Both the position numbers and the translations under genes were made by a program. From the NCBI GenBank assembly GCA_003971905.1, contig RSEE01000073.1, positions 62,001 through 126,000 of the forward strand: 64,000 nucleotides of DNA, read 5' to 3'. A model generated the notes under the pieces. That model ran no database searches. It had not been told where the DNA came from and was given only the letters and a program-made list of their open reading frames with translations. Position 1 is the stretch's first letter, and each line of letters starts with the position of its first letter. Positions 48,732 to 62,599 of this stretch are shown here, piece by piece. This DNA is from Moniliella sp. 'wahieum'. Taxonomy: Eukaryota.

Positions 48732-50591
48732 TCACGCTTCAACCGAACTGGTCCGCCTCTCCTCCTCCCGTCCTAGCAAGTGGTGTGGTAGGGGCGACGA
48801 GGAGCGGGACAAGGGCAAGTCAAGCTCCGGTCCGCGTAACGAGTCCGACGAAGGGATGTGGTACAGAGCAGGCGAACCTGGTGGCATGAACGACGGTTCT
48901 TCCCTGTGTTTTTTCCGCGTGAGCGGTGGTGTCTGCTTGCGCGTCCGCAACGGGGTCGGGGTGGTGGGACCGGGTGGGTGAGCGTGGATGGATGGGGAGG
49001 TGGAAGCGGCTCGGCCGAGGGAAGCACGAGGGTACGGATGACTCAAAAGGAACGAATGACCGTCGTGTGCATCGGATTCCTCGTCGATGCGGTCGCCTTC
49101 AAAGTCATACGCTGTCTCTCCACATTGGTCGGCGTCCATACCAATCAACTCGGCCAGTTCGGTAGGGCGAAGCGGACCGACGTAGGGTACGTGGTCAATG
49201 ACAAAGAGCAACAGTAGAGTTACCGCCGCGGTCCAGGCGACAGTGACGGCGCACCAGGCCAGTTGCAAGGGCAACTGGACAAAGTGGCCCGAGAGCCATC
49301 CGGCGGTTGGTGGTAACCCCATCGTTGGCGACCACACTGGCTTGGGCAAAGATGCCCGTGAGCAGGAGCCCCACGATACCCCCCAACCCGTGCAGCGCAA
49401 ACACGTCCATTGCATCGTCCACTCGAACCAAGTTCTTCAGTCCGGTACTCAAGTTGCACACCACGGCCGCCACGACGCCAAACAGCAAGGCGGCCGGCAT
49501 TCCGATGAAGCCAGCGGCGGGCGTGATGGCAACCAAGCCCGAAATGGCGCCGGTGCAAAACCCAACGACGGACCACTTGCGTTCCAATCGGTAGTCCAAT
49601 ACCATCCATGTCAATCCGGCCACCGAGGCAGCAAAGTTGGTTACGGCCATGGCCATTGCTGCCTGCAAGTTGGCCCCAAATGTCGCACCGCCTTCAATCC
49701 CAGCCAGCCGACCCAGAGCAAGACAGTGCCCAAGACAACGTGAGAGAGATTGTGAGGCTGAGAGAGCAACTGTTCCGTTCCGTACCCGTATCGCCGTCCT
49801 AGGTACAGGACAACACCAAGCCTGTCACCCCGGCCGTTACTTCCACCGGCCCACCCCCGGGTAATCTAGCACCCCCCATCGGGAAGCCCAGCCGCGCGGG
49901 TTCCAAATCCACATCGCCACTGGGTCGTATACCAGCGTCGTCCAGAAAAACACAAAGACAAACATGGGCCACAGCCGGGCGCGGTCACACGCCGCCCCCA
50001 ACGCGATGGCCGGCGCGACGCAGGCAAACATAAGCTGAGGGAAGGGTCAGCATGGAGATGTGGCAGGGAGGTTGGGGAGAGGCGGTAACGTAAACGTACT
50101 TCGTAGGAGGCAAGCACAATATGAGGGATGGTGTTGTAGCGGCAGCGGCGGGTTGCTGGAGAACGTGCATGTAGCCAAACTGGCGTAGGTCGCCCCAAAA
50201 GTTAGAAACGTCTTGGGAAAAGATGAGCGAGTAGCGCCAAGAAACCATTGGGGGTGACAACCGACAAGGAGACCAAGTTGAGGAGAAGGAGGTGGGAGCC
50301 CGTTCTTGCGTCGGGCCAGACCCGAGTAGAGGAAGCCGAGACCGGGAACCATGAGCCAGACCAGGACAGTGCAGCCCATGATCCAGGCCATGTCGCCGGT
50401 GCTGTAGGCAATTACCTGGCCGTCGCCATAGGTGACAATGAGGTCGGTCCCTTGGGCTGTGAGGAGACGCGAGCTGTTGGCCAGGCCCGACGGGGCGGAA
50501 AGCAGGCCGTAGCTGCAAGACAAGACAGGGGTTGGCGCTGTGCGGAGAGGAGAGGGGGGGGGAGGGGCTGGACATACGTGATGTTGACCAT
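48732..50591 (-). CDS. Ammonium transporter (Mep/Amt family); introns and frameshifts
   Basis: GDMAWIMGCTVLVWLMVPGLGFLYSGLARRKN, MFACVAPAIALGA, WTTLVYDPVAMWIW, GFCTGAISGLVAITPAAGF, DDAMDVFALHGLGG, GMDADQCGETAYD. Confidence 0.95.
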
Positions 50592-50905
50592 GTGGGCGGT
50601 GCGTGGTCCCGATGGAAGGGGGGCGGGCGGGGCGACGGAGGCGGCGGAGGCGGCGGAGAAGACGGCGGCGGAAGGGGCGAGGCGGCGTACTTAACCGGAT
50701 GTGATGGGCGGGGGTGGTGGCGCCCAACGCCACGGCCGTGCCGCAGAAAACAAGACAAACTTTTTGGGGGGGAATTGAACTGTTCACCTCAGCCATCACG
50801 GTCCACGCGTCACGTGCCGTGGGGGTCCAGTTAGTGCTGTCCTTCTGTGTTGCTGTCTGCTGTCCCTTCCCGGCGGACATTCTCAGCGCGCCCAGCTGCC
50901 CGCAG

Positions 50906-53900
50906 ATGTGGGCCCTCCGCTGCGCCTCGCCCCGCCCGTCCTTGCGTCGCAGCCTGGGCCGCATCGGCGGTGGCGGTGGTGGCGGTGGTGGAGATGGTGG
51001 TGGCGGTGGTGGCGATGGAGGGGGCAGTGGCGTCCGTGCTGCCTGCTGCTGTCGCTGTCTTCATCGTCTTCCTCTTCCTCCTCCTCCTCCTCGCCATCTC
51101 CATCGCCTCCTCCCTCGTCTCGCCTTCGCCCCAGCGACACGCCCCGCCAGCGGCCGTCTGGCCGCGCCGCTCGCCTCCCCTGCAGTTTGTCCTGCCACTT
51201 CGGCCTCCCCCTTCTCCTCCTCCCCTTGCAACCCCCGTCCTGCCCCTCCCCATCAGGACAGATCGGGCGGACGGCGAAGAAGGAGATGGAGGAGGAAGAG
51301 GAGAATGGATGGGACGAGACGCTTGTACCCGACTTTTACCACACCCTTCCTTCGGCTCAGCAGACCAGCCTGGACGAGGCCAGCCAGCAAACCCTCTTGC
51401 GCATCTACGACGCGGCCCAACCCCGCGTCCAGATTGAACAATCGTTTGCCGAGCCCCTGCGGCCCTCCACGTCCCTCTTTCTCCAGCTGCGACGCATCAA
51501 GCAAACGCTCCTGCGCACCTCCCACGCGCTGGCCAAGGACGTCACCGTCGCCACGGCGTCCACGGGCCGTCCCAAACCCCTGCCCTCTCCCTCCAAACCC
51601 AACGTCTTCTCTCCTGGCTTGGATGGCTTTTTCTGGGGATCCGAGGCGATGGACAAAATGCTGGTTGTGGATCAGCTTAACGACCTTGTCTTCTATATTT
51701 CCCGCCTGCTCCCGCTTCCCGACCTGGGAACCCACCAGCCACCACGCAAGTTCCTCCACGATCCCGATACCCACGACATCTTCCGTGTGCCGCCCGAGAA
51801 ATGGGTGGATGTGCGAACGGGGTTGCCGCGTGTCATGCGCGGGCGAGACAAGTTGCGCTGGAATGAGCAATCGGCCACTCGGCAGGGCAGCCGTGGGTGG
51901 CAGATGATTGGCCAAGGCGTGCTCAACAACCGTAGCCTGTTCGAGGCCTATGTCCCGCAGCTCATCCCCGTCTTGCAAGAACTGATGGCCATCGCCGACT
52001 TGGTCGTCTACCCTCCCTCGAGCCGTTTCCGCCGCATCTCCATCCTGCTCGACTTGTTCCAGGGTCACCGCATGCTGCCTGCCACGCTCGAGCGTATAGT
52101 CTATCTCGCCATCGACCTTGAGCATTGGCGCGATGCGGCGATCTATGTCGAAGCTGGTCTGCGCGTCCTCGAAGACCTCGCTCTTCCCCTTCCTACCCAA
52201 ATGGCCAGTCCGGTGCGAAACCGGACCGCTCTGCCTTCACCCGAGGAGATGGAAGCGTACGTGAAAAAATTTACCAAGGCTCGGGATCTACTCCGCTCCT
52301 CCATTGTGGCCCAAGTCCAGATGATGATGTTGTACGGGAAAGGCAAGCAGGCCGAACCGGAGCCAGTGCGGGTGGAAGGGTGGGTAGCCCGTGCGTTTGC
52401 TCACGCTGCTTCACCCGAACAAATCACGCAGTTGGCCGAAGACTTGTTCTTTGAAGGCTTGGCGAGCCAAGACCGCGTCCTGGTGGACACGGTGTTGACC
52501 GAGCTGGCTGCTCTCGACATGATGCCGTCCGACGAGATGTGGGCGATTGTGATGCGCGTCGCCAAATATTCCGGGCAGTATCGGTGGAACGTGGCTGGTC
52601 CCGCTGCGTTGATCAAGGCCTACACGGGCTCGTACCTCAACTCGCGCATGTTGCCACTACAACCGTTTCATCGTCGTGCGCTCCTCCTACTTCACCTCAA
52701 AGTCTTGCCCACCACGGAGCGCGCACTGGTAGAGCGCGCGCGCTGGACTCGTCTTCGTGCGCTGAAACGCGCGTTGGGATACACCCATCTGGATCGCGTC
52801 CGGCCCTACGTCGTCCCATCCGATGCCCAGGCCCGCGCGCAAGGTTCGGCCCCGCTCTTTGTCCCTTACCCTGAGCTGGCCTATGGACTGCACCAGCCCA
52901 TCTTGCGTGGCGAGCCTCTATCGTTGACCCCACGGGCCCACTACGACCGTATCTTGCGCAACCAGCGCCGTCGCTGGCTGCTCAACGTGATCATCCGCAT
53001 GATAAATGGGGACTATGTGTACCGCGGGACACGTTTGCGACTTATGCGCCAGTGGGGGCTCCTCACGTCGATCCAGCCCCTCCGTTCCCGCTTGTGTCGC
53101 AACCTCCGCGCTGCTCCCCCCAAGCCGGAGGACATTACCAAAGAACAGAAAGAAGACCGGTTCCGCTCCTTTGAACGCATCCTGCTTGCCTACGACGATT
53201 CTCAGGTTGGCGTCAACGATCGGGAAGATGTGATGAATGCGCGAGACGCATGGATTGCCGATGCTGATCGAGCGCATACGTCCCAAGCTCGAAACGAGGT
53301 GCGTGCTCTGATGGAAAATCGGATCCAAGTACCGGGTACGGAACGCAAACTGCAACGGCAATGGGGTCGTCGTCTGGCCTGGATCTTTGAAGGCATGAAC
53401 GATCCCGAAACCGAGCTGCGTTTGACCAACGCACTGATCGAAGCCTACCCCTACATCCGTACCCACCGCGTGCAGACGCAGCGTGGATTTGGTCCGATCT
53501 GGAAAGGGAGGGTGGTACTACAGGGTATGCTCTTGCCCGAGTGGCCCTTGGTGCAGGAAGGCGATACGGTTCGCTTTGACAACTTGGCACCTTACTTTTA
53601 CTTTTACGATCCCTTCTCTAACCTCTTGGGCGAATCGGACGCAGCAGAGAGCGTCGCGGCCTCCCGAGCGGCGGGGGAGGTGCCGCTCTACCTCGGCCCG
53701 CACCCGGGACCTGAAACGTACCTCCCCCCCTTGGAGCGGGACGCGTACCTAGCCCGTCTGCACGCCCACCTAGCTGTTGATCCCGTCCGCCCACCCGAGC
53801 CAGAGGACGATTTGGCCCCGGACGAAGTAGACGACATGGTGGCAGACTTGCTGGGCGAGGAGGAAGGGAGTAGTGATCCCCCTCCTCCTGCTGAGCCAGA

Positions 53901-53973
53901 TGGGCCGCCTACTCCTGCCGAGGAAGGTGAAGATGATTGGCTGCACAGCATTTTCCAAGATCCAGAGGAATAG
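50906..53973 (+). CDS. Uncharacterised ~1000 aa protein, probable mitochondrial presequence, acidic C-terminus; probable frameshift near 51240
   Basis: Long ORF with normal protein composition from ~51270 to 53973; ATG 50906 starts an Arg/Leu/Ser-rich leader (MWALRCASPRPSLRRSLGR) in another frame. Confidence 0.7.
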
Positions 53974-54279
53974 CGACACTGCGTAACATCATCAATCCTC
54001 CTTGTCTATTGTAGGTCTCCCATAGTCATCTTATCCGCATGTTAACAATGGTACCCGGGCTTAATGTGAAGCAAAAACTGGATTCGTACATGCACACGAA
54101 CACGGTACAGGTTGTCGACAGGAAAGGGAAGGGGGTAGGAAGGTCCCAAACTCCATATGTGATTACGGGAACGAGGAGGAAGAGAGGAAAATGGAGAGGA
54201 CGTGGGGGGGGGGCGACTAAGTGGAAAAGTTAACGGAGGAAGGGAGGAGAAATGCGGGTGCGAGGAGGAATAAAGGTGT

Positions 54280-57200
54280 CTAGGGTACCAAGGGCCGTGA
54301 CGGCGGCGGCGGGGACAACGATGGGGAAAGCGCGGTGGAGGACGTTCGAGTGAGCTCTTGGGACAAGTGTTGGTTTAAGGCCAAGGTCTTGTCCAGTTCG
54401 TCGCGAGTTGCCTTCAAGGTGTGCTGCAACGCAGCGACTTGCTCCTCCAGCACGGTGACCCGTCGACCCGCCTCCTCCGCCGCCTCGATCTGGGCCCGGC
54501 TGCGCTGGTATGCGGCTTTTTGCTCCGTAATGAGCGCAGCCATGCGCTGCTCCAGCTCCCGGTTTTCTGTGGTCAGTTGCTGGGTGGACGAGGTGGCATT
54601 GGCCAAGCGCGTCTGGAGCACCGACAAGACCTCGGTTCCACTCTGCGCCTCGCTCGTCCCATCGCCGCTCTTGAGCTGCTCCACTTCCTCGGCCAAGCGC
54701 GCGTTGTCCTGCTTGGTTTGGGCGAGCGAATCGCGCATCTTGCGCAACATCTTCTCCGATCCCTTGACAAACGACACAGCCGCATAATAGTCATTCTCCA
54801 ACTGCCGCATGCGCTCCATGTACGATGCTTTTGTGGCAGCCACCTCGCGCTCGCTTGCCGCAGCCCGGCGCGTTGCTTCTTCCACTTCGCTTGACTGTAC
54901 CGCGCCAGCCAGTCTGCGCTGCAACACACTCACCTCCATCCGGGCATTGGCCAACTCGGCACGCAGGGATTCGGCCGTACGTGCCGCTGCATCCGCCTCG
55001 CCCTGGAGGGTCGTCACTTGAACCACCACCGGTATCTCCTCCGTGTCGGTGGGCAAGGGAAGGCCGTGCTCCGTCAAGTGATCGCGAACCAACTGCAACT
55101 CGATCTTGGTTCGTTCAGCACTGCGTTTTGCATCGCGCGCTTCCGCGCTCTGTTGCGCCGCCCGGCTCTTGAGCCGTCCCATTTCCCCAAGCGCGATTCC
55201 CAATTGGGCCCGGACGACCTCCAGCTCCGATTGCAATCCGGTACACTGCTTCTCCAAACCAAGAGTCCGTGCGTGGGCCAGTTCCAGCTCGGCGGTCGCC
55301 TCGTCCACCGCACGGCACGAGGCCGTATGCATCTCCCGAAGTGTACTCACCTCCTCCTCGAGCGAATGCACCTTGCTGTCCCTGTTGGAAGAAGAGGCGG
55401 GCAGCCCGGAGGAGGTATCGTGTGCCTCACGCGTCTGCAGGACTTGGGTCAACCCTGTGGTGCTAGCCAGGCGATGAGCAGCTGCCTCAGCCTCGGCAGC
55501 GGATAAGAGCGCTTCCAGCTCCTGGATTCGCGCTCCGGTCCTGGTCCTCTCCTGAGCCTGCGAGTCCAGTTGAGCTTTGAGAGCCGTGGCGGTCTGCTGC
55601 TGGGTTTGGGCCAAGTCGCGGTGCTGGACATAAAGCCGTTGGTGTTCGTCTGCCCGTGCCGCCGTGGCGGCGAGAGCGGCTTTAAGGTGAAGAAGGCTGT
55701 CTTCATGCGCGGCCACAAGGCTGGTAGCGTCCCGATGCAAGGCACGGGTATGATGGTGGGCGGTACGTTCCTGCTCCAGTTGGGAAGCGAGTGAGGTGGC
55801 CCGTTCCCGTTCTTCCCGCCATCCACTCTCGGCCTCGTACGCCCGTTTCTGCAACCCAGCAATCTGCTCGTACACACTCATCTGCGCCGCTTCTGCCGCC
55901 AACGCTCGCTTGCCCGTCGCGCCCAACCGCTCGTCCGCTGCGTGCCGCAGCTGGCTCTCCAACTTGAGCTGGTCCCGCACTTGTCCTGCTTCCCGTTCCG
56001 CAACAGCCTTGGCACGCAACGTTTCGGCCAACTCGCTCTCCAATGCCCACGTACGCTCTTGCTCCAGTCGCTTGACTTCCGGAAGGTTGCCCTGCTCATA
56101 CGCAAGTAACTTGGCACGGTACCATGCTGCCTCCTTCAATGCCGCTCTCCGCTGCGCCTCGCTCTCCGCCACGGCCTCACTTTCCTTGGCCACCTGCTCC
56201 ACAACCATGTTCTATTTTGGGTTAGTCCTTGTCACGAGCATGAGGGAGGGAGAGAGGAATGGGGGGGGGGGGGGGCGTACTTGTGCCTTGGCCAATTGCA
56301 TCTTAAGTCCCACGATGGCCTGGAGGATACGGGCCTTATCCGAACCTTCGGGAGCGGGGTCGATCCCATCGAGCACACCTTCCCCTCCGTCCAATTGGTC
56401 AGGAGAGAAGAATCCACGGGCCATGGCCACACCAAGAGCAGCTTTGAGCCACGCCTCGCGCTGTTCCTGTCCCTTTGGGTCATTCTGCCCGTTCTGCTCG
56501 TTCTGCCCATTCTTCTGCTCGTACTGCACTTCTGGTACAGGAGCGGACCGAGGGGCGAGCGAACCGTTCGTGAGCGCCGCCGGATTCACCCCAGCTGAGG
56601 GGCTGCGCACCGTCTCGCGCACCTGGGACGCGGGGGCGTAGTCCACACTGCGCTGTTCGGGCGAACGAATGCGTGCGCCCGGCCCGGTATCTGGAACAGC
56701 AGGGAGGTGGTACGGAGAGAAGTATGGACGGAGGGAGAACGTGATTCTTGCCATTGTCCCGGAACTTGCACTTCCTCTTGTCTTTGCTCTTTCCATTGTC
56801 TAGACCCTTGGTTTTGCCCTTGGCTTTGTCCCTGTCCTTGGTCTTGCACTTGCACTTGTCCTTGTCCCTGACCTTGTCCTCCTTGTTCTTGTTCTTGCCC
56901 CTGCTCTGGCTCTTGCTCTTGTGATTGGTGTTGACCTTGTCTTTGTCCTGCCCTCCCGCCTGGGAGAGAGGCGAGCTTCTGCTCCTGTGGGCTTACCGCA
57001 CGCTGCACCGGAGTGGACGCAGGTGCTGCGCTAGCGAGCGCGGTGGTACGATCGGTAGCGGGGGACACGACGGGCCGTTCCGTGATGGGGGACCTGGCAT
57101 GTTCTCGCTCGTTCGAGGGGGAAACATGGGAACGCGCAGACGGAGCCGAGACAACTGGGTTTGGTTCGGTGGTGGACGAGAGTGGCTGGGGCTCGGTAGA

Positions 57201-59212
57201 AGGAGAAACGGCTTGGCGGCGTTCGAGGGGGGGTGAAACCACGGCCGTGTTGCGCTCGGTGGAAGGGGAAGCAACGTTCCGCTGAGACGCAGGAGACGTC
57301 ACGGAGCGCTCCAGGCCAGGCGAGACGACTGGCCGATCGGGCGCCGCGGATGGAGCTGAGGGGGGAGGCGTCATCGAGTGACTAGCCTGGGTCGAGGGGA
57401 ATGGGTGGGGGGGACTGGCACCGGGTCGGACGGCAGCAGCAGCGGTGGGTGCTACCGTGTTGGGAGCAGAACCTGGGGGGGGAGAGACAGAGTAGGAAGC
57501 TGGAATGGTAGGCACCTCTTTGGGCGTGTCGGCCGGGTACTTGATCTTGGCCGTGTCGAGAACATGGAGGATATTGGGATTGTCCACCGTGTCCCCGGTG
57601 AAGGACTCGCCACCGATCACGACCACCTTGTCCTGATACGTGGTAAGGGTGTGCCCTGACCGGCCTGACGGCGCAGGTCCCATATGGGCAAACCTGTACC
57701 ACCGTTTGTTGCTGATTCGGAAACTGGCCAAGTCCCCGAGGTCTCTGCCATCCACACCGCGCCCACCAAAGACGTACATCACATCGCCCACCAGGCTCGC
57801 GGCGTGGCCTCGCGGGCCACGGGAATGTATCCGGAACAGGCCACCTCCGACCAGGTGTTGGTGCTTGCATCGTACATCCACGTATCATTGTAATGGTACT
57901 GTCCGTCGGTGCCACCGAAGATGTAGATACAGTCCTTGTACGTAACGCTAACGTGACCCGTGCGAGCCGGGGGCAAGACAGAATTGGGAAAAATGGGGTC
58001 CCAGCGCGGAGCAGACTTGAGTGTGTTGAGGTCAAAACTCCACATGTCGTTGAGGAACAACCCTTCGGCTTGACCTGCAAAGATGATCACATTACGGTTG
58101 CCAATGATGGAGATGGTGTGGCCGTATCGCCCCACGGGCGAGGCGTTGGGGTTGGGATCGGCGCTTACGACCCGGGTCCATTCGCGGTTGGAAAGATTCA
58201 GCAAGTAGAGACCCACATCCTGCGTGTCCTCGGCGAGCACCTTGGTATCCCCGCCCCAAAGGATAAGAACATTGGAAACGAGCACGGCTGCATGGCCGAC
58301 CCGCGCAAGCGGGATATCGCCAGCGGTCTGGACCAGGGTGGCGGACACGCCACCGGGTGTAGGCTGGGTACTGAGCCAGGTGTTCGATGGCAGGGATGGA
58401 GCAGGATGGGTGACCTGATCGACGCGCAAAATGTAGAGATCGTTCTTGACGGCCTCTGCGACCAAGCCACCAAAAAGGTAGACCTCCCCATTGGGGCTGG
58501 CAGTTATGTTGGCCGCGAGGCCATAACGGGGAAAGGGGTTGGGACTCAAAGCTGTGGTGTGCTGCATGGGGTCAAGAAAGAGAGGGGGCTGAACCGAGAG
58601 CTGGCGCAGACTCCAGGGATAACTAACTGATTGTGTGCGCGCTCGTGGTGCCTGAGCCGGCTGGGTGGGCGGGGAGGCGGCATTGGGGGTAGCATCCACG
58701 GTAGAAAGAGGCTCAGCGGGTGCGTTGGCAGCGTTGGGGCCGCCAGTAAAGGGGACATGCCCACCGTCTCTGGGCTGCGCCGACAAGTCGATGGGGCTGA
58801 CGGTGGGCACAGGCGGCTGGGTAGGCGAGTGAATGCCGGGCGACGGGGTGTGGGAGGAAGGTTGCATTTGGCCATGAGACTGAATTTGGGCTTGAGCCTG
58901 CGCCTGGGCTTGAGCTTGGGCTTGAGCTTGGGCCTGAGCTTGAGCAGCCTGGGCCTGAGCGTGCGCAGCTTGGGCCTGGGCCTCGGCCCGTACTTGGGCT
59001 TGGGCCTGGGCTTGGGCCTGGGCTTGGGCCCGGGCAGCATACACGTGTGCTGAGCGTGCTTCTTCGCTCTGCTTGCGGACGCGGAGGCCAAAGGGAGGGT
59101 GTTTGCCGTTGGGGGGAGGGGGAGGGGGGGTGGCGGTGCCGGGGATGGAGGGGCTGGGGGCGGGGGAGGCCTTGTCCTTGTCCTTGCTGCGCTTGCCAAA
59201 GATGATGGCCAT
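54280..59212 (-). CDS. Kelch-repeat/coiled-coil cell-polarity protein (Tea1/Kel1-like); intron ~56212-56280, frameshifts
   Basis: YPWS..PNPFPRYG, VYLFGGLV..KNDLY, RVGHAAVLVSNVLILWGGDT, GRYGHT, RTGHVSVTY..IFGGTDGQYHYNDTW, GPAPSGRSGH; long coiled coil with ALKEAAWYRAKL and QLENDYYAAVSFVKGSEKMLRKMR. Confidence 0.9.
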
Positions 59213-60362
59213 GGCGAGGGAGGTGGTGGCGGCGAGGCAGGCGGGAGTGGAGGGGACGCGATGGACGGGACGGGATGGGATGGATGGAATGGAATGGGAA
59301 GTGCATGCAGTGGCTGGCGATGCAAAATTGCATATGAAACTTTCCCAGAATGAAATTGCAATCACGCTTTGCTGCTGCAAAGTCTACCAACCCTAACAGA
59401 GTGAATGCTAATGCTAATGGATGTTCTGTTGAATGTCGAAGCGTTCAACGTTGATTAGTGAACAACTATACACCGTGACTAGTGACTAGTGACTCGATAA
59501 TCCCATCCCATCCAGCCCATCGGGTCCAATGGAATCGGGCGCACGTTTAGCATAGATTTCGTCGACGTGCGCGAGAACCTCGCCTCAGGACTCAGTTGGG
59601 AAGATGCGATCAACAGCTCCCATCAGCGTATGAATCACAGCCAGCGCTTTCCGTCTCCATAATATACTCTGGCATAGATCCACACACAGTCCACACGGCA
59701 TCTCACAGGCGAGCCCGGTTGCGAAGAATATGGCTTCGGAACGAGGAAAACACAGAAGCGGCGAGAGGAAAAATTGAGCTTTTATAACCACATCAACCAA
59801 GGTTTATCAGAGGGTTTATCGTGTGGTGCCACACTCTGGTGTAGTATAGTGGCGCCGGTACTTAGCCCAAAAAGAAGCCTGGATTCTTCCGGTGCACATC
59901 CTTCATTCCTCCAATATTCCTTCCTCCTGGCGAGCAGGATTATTCTCTTCCCTCAGGGTAGTTCTCGTGCAATGCCATACACATCACAACTGTCTCTGCT
60001 CTCTGTTCTTCTACAAGTTATGAGCTATACTAGCTTCTTTTCGCCTGAGCATCAGTTTATGGTCACTAGTGCCCGTGCACAGGGTCCAGTGGAGTTGATT
60101 CCAGAGGTGAGCCAGCGTGGTGCCACCCAAGGACTCGAGCAAGAACCACCCGTTCTGTTGCGAACCGGTCCCAGCCTCGAGCGCCTCAGCAACACCACTG
60201 GGAAAGGTCAACGTACGGGTAACCCCCTGTTTGATGCTGCGTAGCATGTTTGACGTGCCTGGCTCCCCAAAATGGGTCAGGTGCTATAATGGACGCGAGG
60301 ATTATTGGGGTAGCCGGGAAGAACAAAAAAGTCTGCTTCCAAGGGCAATGAACCAAAAAAGT

Positions 60363-60457
60363 TGCTTCAAAGGGGAATCGAACCCCTGTCACATCGAAGT
60401 CTCACAGGCACGGGGCCAGTCTGGCAACGATGTAGTATACCACTAACCCATTGAAGC
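60363..60457 (-). tRNA. tRNA-Gly(GCC) with 24-nt intron (60398-60421)
   Basis: GCTTCAA/TTGAAGC acceptor, TTAGTGGTA D loop, CATCG-TT-GCC-A|intron|T-CGATG, GGTTCGATTCC, T6 terminator. Confidence 0.92.
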
Positions 60458-60753
60458 GCTATGATGAGCAAGAAATAGTATGGTTCCACTGATATTGTGG
60501 TAGAGTAGAGCAGTGTCCCTTCGTGTTGCGTCTAGCATCCCTCACTGATTCACTTCCCTTGTGATATACGTAAACTGAGGCCTGACCAACTCCTCTCTAG
60601 ATCGCCCAGTAACATCAATTTTGGGGGCATTGAACCTGATGAGACAAGAGGCATGATGCATGAGAACTACATGAGACGGCAGCGTATGTAAAGATCTCGA
60701 ATCTCAAATTAACGTCGGGGTGCCACACTGCATTGACCTTCTGTCGATCCTCT

Positions 60754-62599
60754 TCACACATAGGGATACCACTCCTTCCAAAACGCGCACCTCTTGCCCC
60801 GTCCGCCTTCCCACGAGCTGGCGTCGGCGAGCTCAAAGGAAGGTTGGAGCGTGGGCCCAACGGGCACCTCGGACGCAGCAACGGACCGAGGAGCTTCAAC
60901 GCTTCCTCGGTACCGCCCGTCTGGTTGAGGTTGAGCAGGTGCGGCGCGGACACGTTCCAAGCGGGCCATTCGACGTTGGAGCCCAACGTTTGGGAGGATG
61001 GCGGCGTAGCCCGAACAATAAAGTGAGCGTAGATTTTCTTGTAGGCCTTACCGTACGCTTCGGAAATCCAAGTTTGAGGCACGCTGGCGGTCCCATTAAA
61101 GAAGGTTCCATTGGAAGGCGGGTCGTTCCAGACGGCAGCTAGGTCAGACGAATGAAGCGCGGGCACGACCGAGTGCTGGAACCGGTGGCTGGCACCGCCC
61201 GCTTTGCCAGCGTACGCATCCGCAAGCCAATACGACGGGCACACAAACGTCAACTCGCCATAAATGTTGTCGGCGCGCGCTTGCTGGCCGACGGAGGTAC
61301 TGCTAACGTCCAGAGCGGTCACATTGCCTTGGCCGGGGGAAGCAAATGGTTGAGCCAAGGGGCTGGGCAGGGTCGGGTAATGGTCAAGGATGGCGTCCAC
61401 GTGGGTGGTGTTGATGTGCGGGTACAGCAGTTGAAGCCAAGCCCGAACGTCGGCCTCGGTGGAGATGTTGCGAGGGACAAAGAGCGCTCCCTCTTCTGCG
61501 TTGTTGCTGATCAACGAACGTTCGCCATTGATCCGGCCCTGTTCCAGCTGGATCGGCGCAGGAGCAACGAGAAGCTTGTCGTCCGTCACCGGTACAAAGG
61601 CCCATTGGCCAAACGCAGTGTTGTTGGAGATGAGCGTGTTGACAGCGGATAGATTGGCTTGGGGGGTAGCACGAGACAGGCAAATGTGTTTCTGCCCTGC
61701 ACAGCCGGTCGCATTAACGACTTGGTCATAAAAGCCATTGTTGATCGGGTCCGAGTAGTGGTACTGTGTCGGCCAGTAGGGAGAAGAAGCAATCAAGCCA
61801 CGGAAGAGAGACGTGCCCTCGGTGCCATTGTACGCCAGAGCGAGGTTCATGGTGGAACCGCCTCCTGCACTTTCGCCACCAATGGTCACCTCGTCGGGAT
61901 TGCCGCCAAAGCGTGAGATGTGCTGCTGCACCCACTGCAGCCCCGCGCGTTGGTCGAGGATGCCATTGTTAAGCGAGCCATGTGCCCACAGGTTCCACTG
62001 AGGAACCCATAAAGGCCCAGGCGGTACTGCAATGAGACAAACACAAAGTCACCGGGAGCTTCGGGGAGAGCGGGACCGGGTCGTACTGGCCATTGCCAAA
62101 GCCGTAACCTATAGAGACGCGTTGAAGGGTCAGAGCGGGACCAAGGCCCAACATAGAGACAGGCGGAAGGGGACTGACCTCCTCCATGAATATAAACGTA
62201 GACGGGCAAGTTTGAGGCGTTGGCAGGGGCCCACACGTTGAGGAAGAGGCAGTCTTCGTCGGTAGGCACATAGTATGGCGAGGGCAAGTCCTGTGCGGCA
62301 GGCGACTGAGGGCACTGGGGGGCGTACTGGGAGGCGTCAATGATATGCGATCGGTTTGGCTGAGGCGGGAGGGGTGCCTGGAAGCGGTTCTTGCCAGTGA
62401 CGGGCTGGGTAAAGCGGATGCCAAGCCAGCGGTTGTAGCCTGAGGCTGGGTCGGCTACGCCGCGGTAGATGCCAGAACCAGCATCGACGACAAGAGAGGC
62501 AGGGGAGGAGCTGGGAGGGGTGAGGGGGCGAGCCGACACGGCGGTGGCGGCGAGGGCGATGGCCACCAAGCGACCCAGGAGCGATGGGGAGCACACCAT
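60754..62599 (-). CDS. Secreted type-B carboxylesterase/lipase; intron ~62110-62179, frameshifts
   Basis: Signal peptide, WLGIRF, EDCLFLNVWAP, LPVYVYIHGGG, QYRLGLYGFL, FGGNPDEVTIGGESAGG (nucleophile), NNAEEG, ALHSSDL. Confidence 0.92.

Noticed and set aside
59774..60244. 156 aa ORF next to tRNA-Gly
   Set aside because: Non-ATG start and no recognisable motif; cannot be supported.
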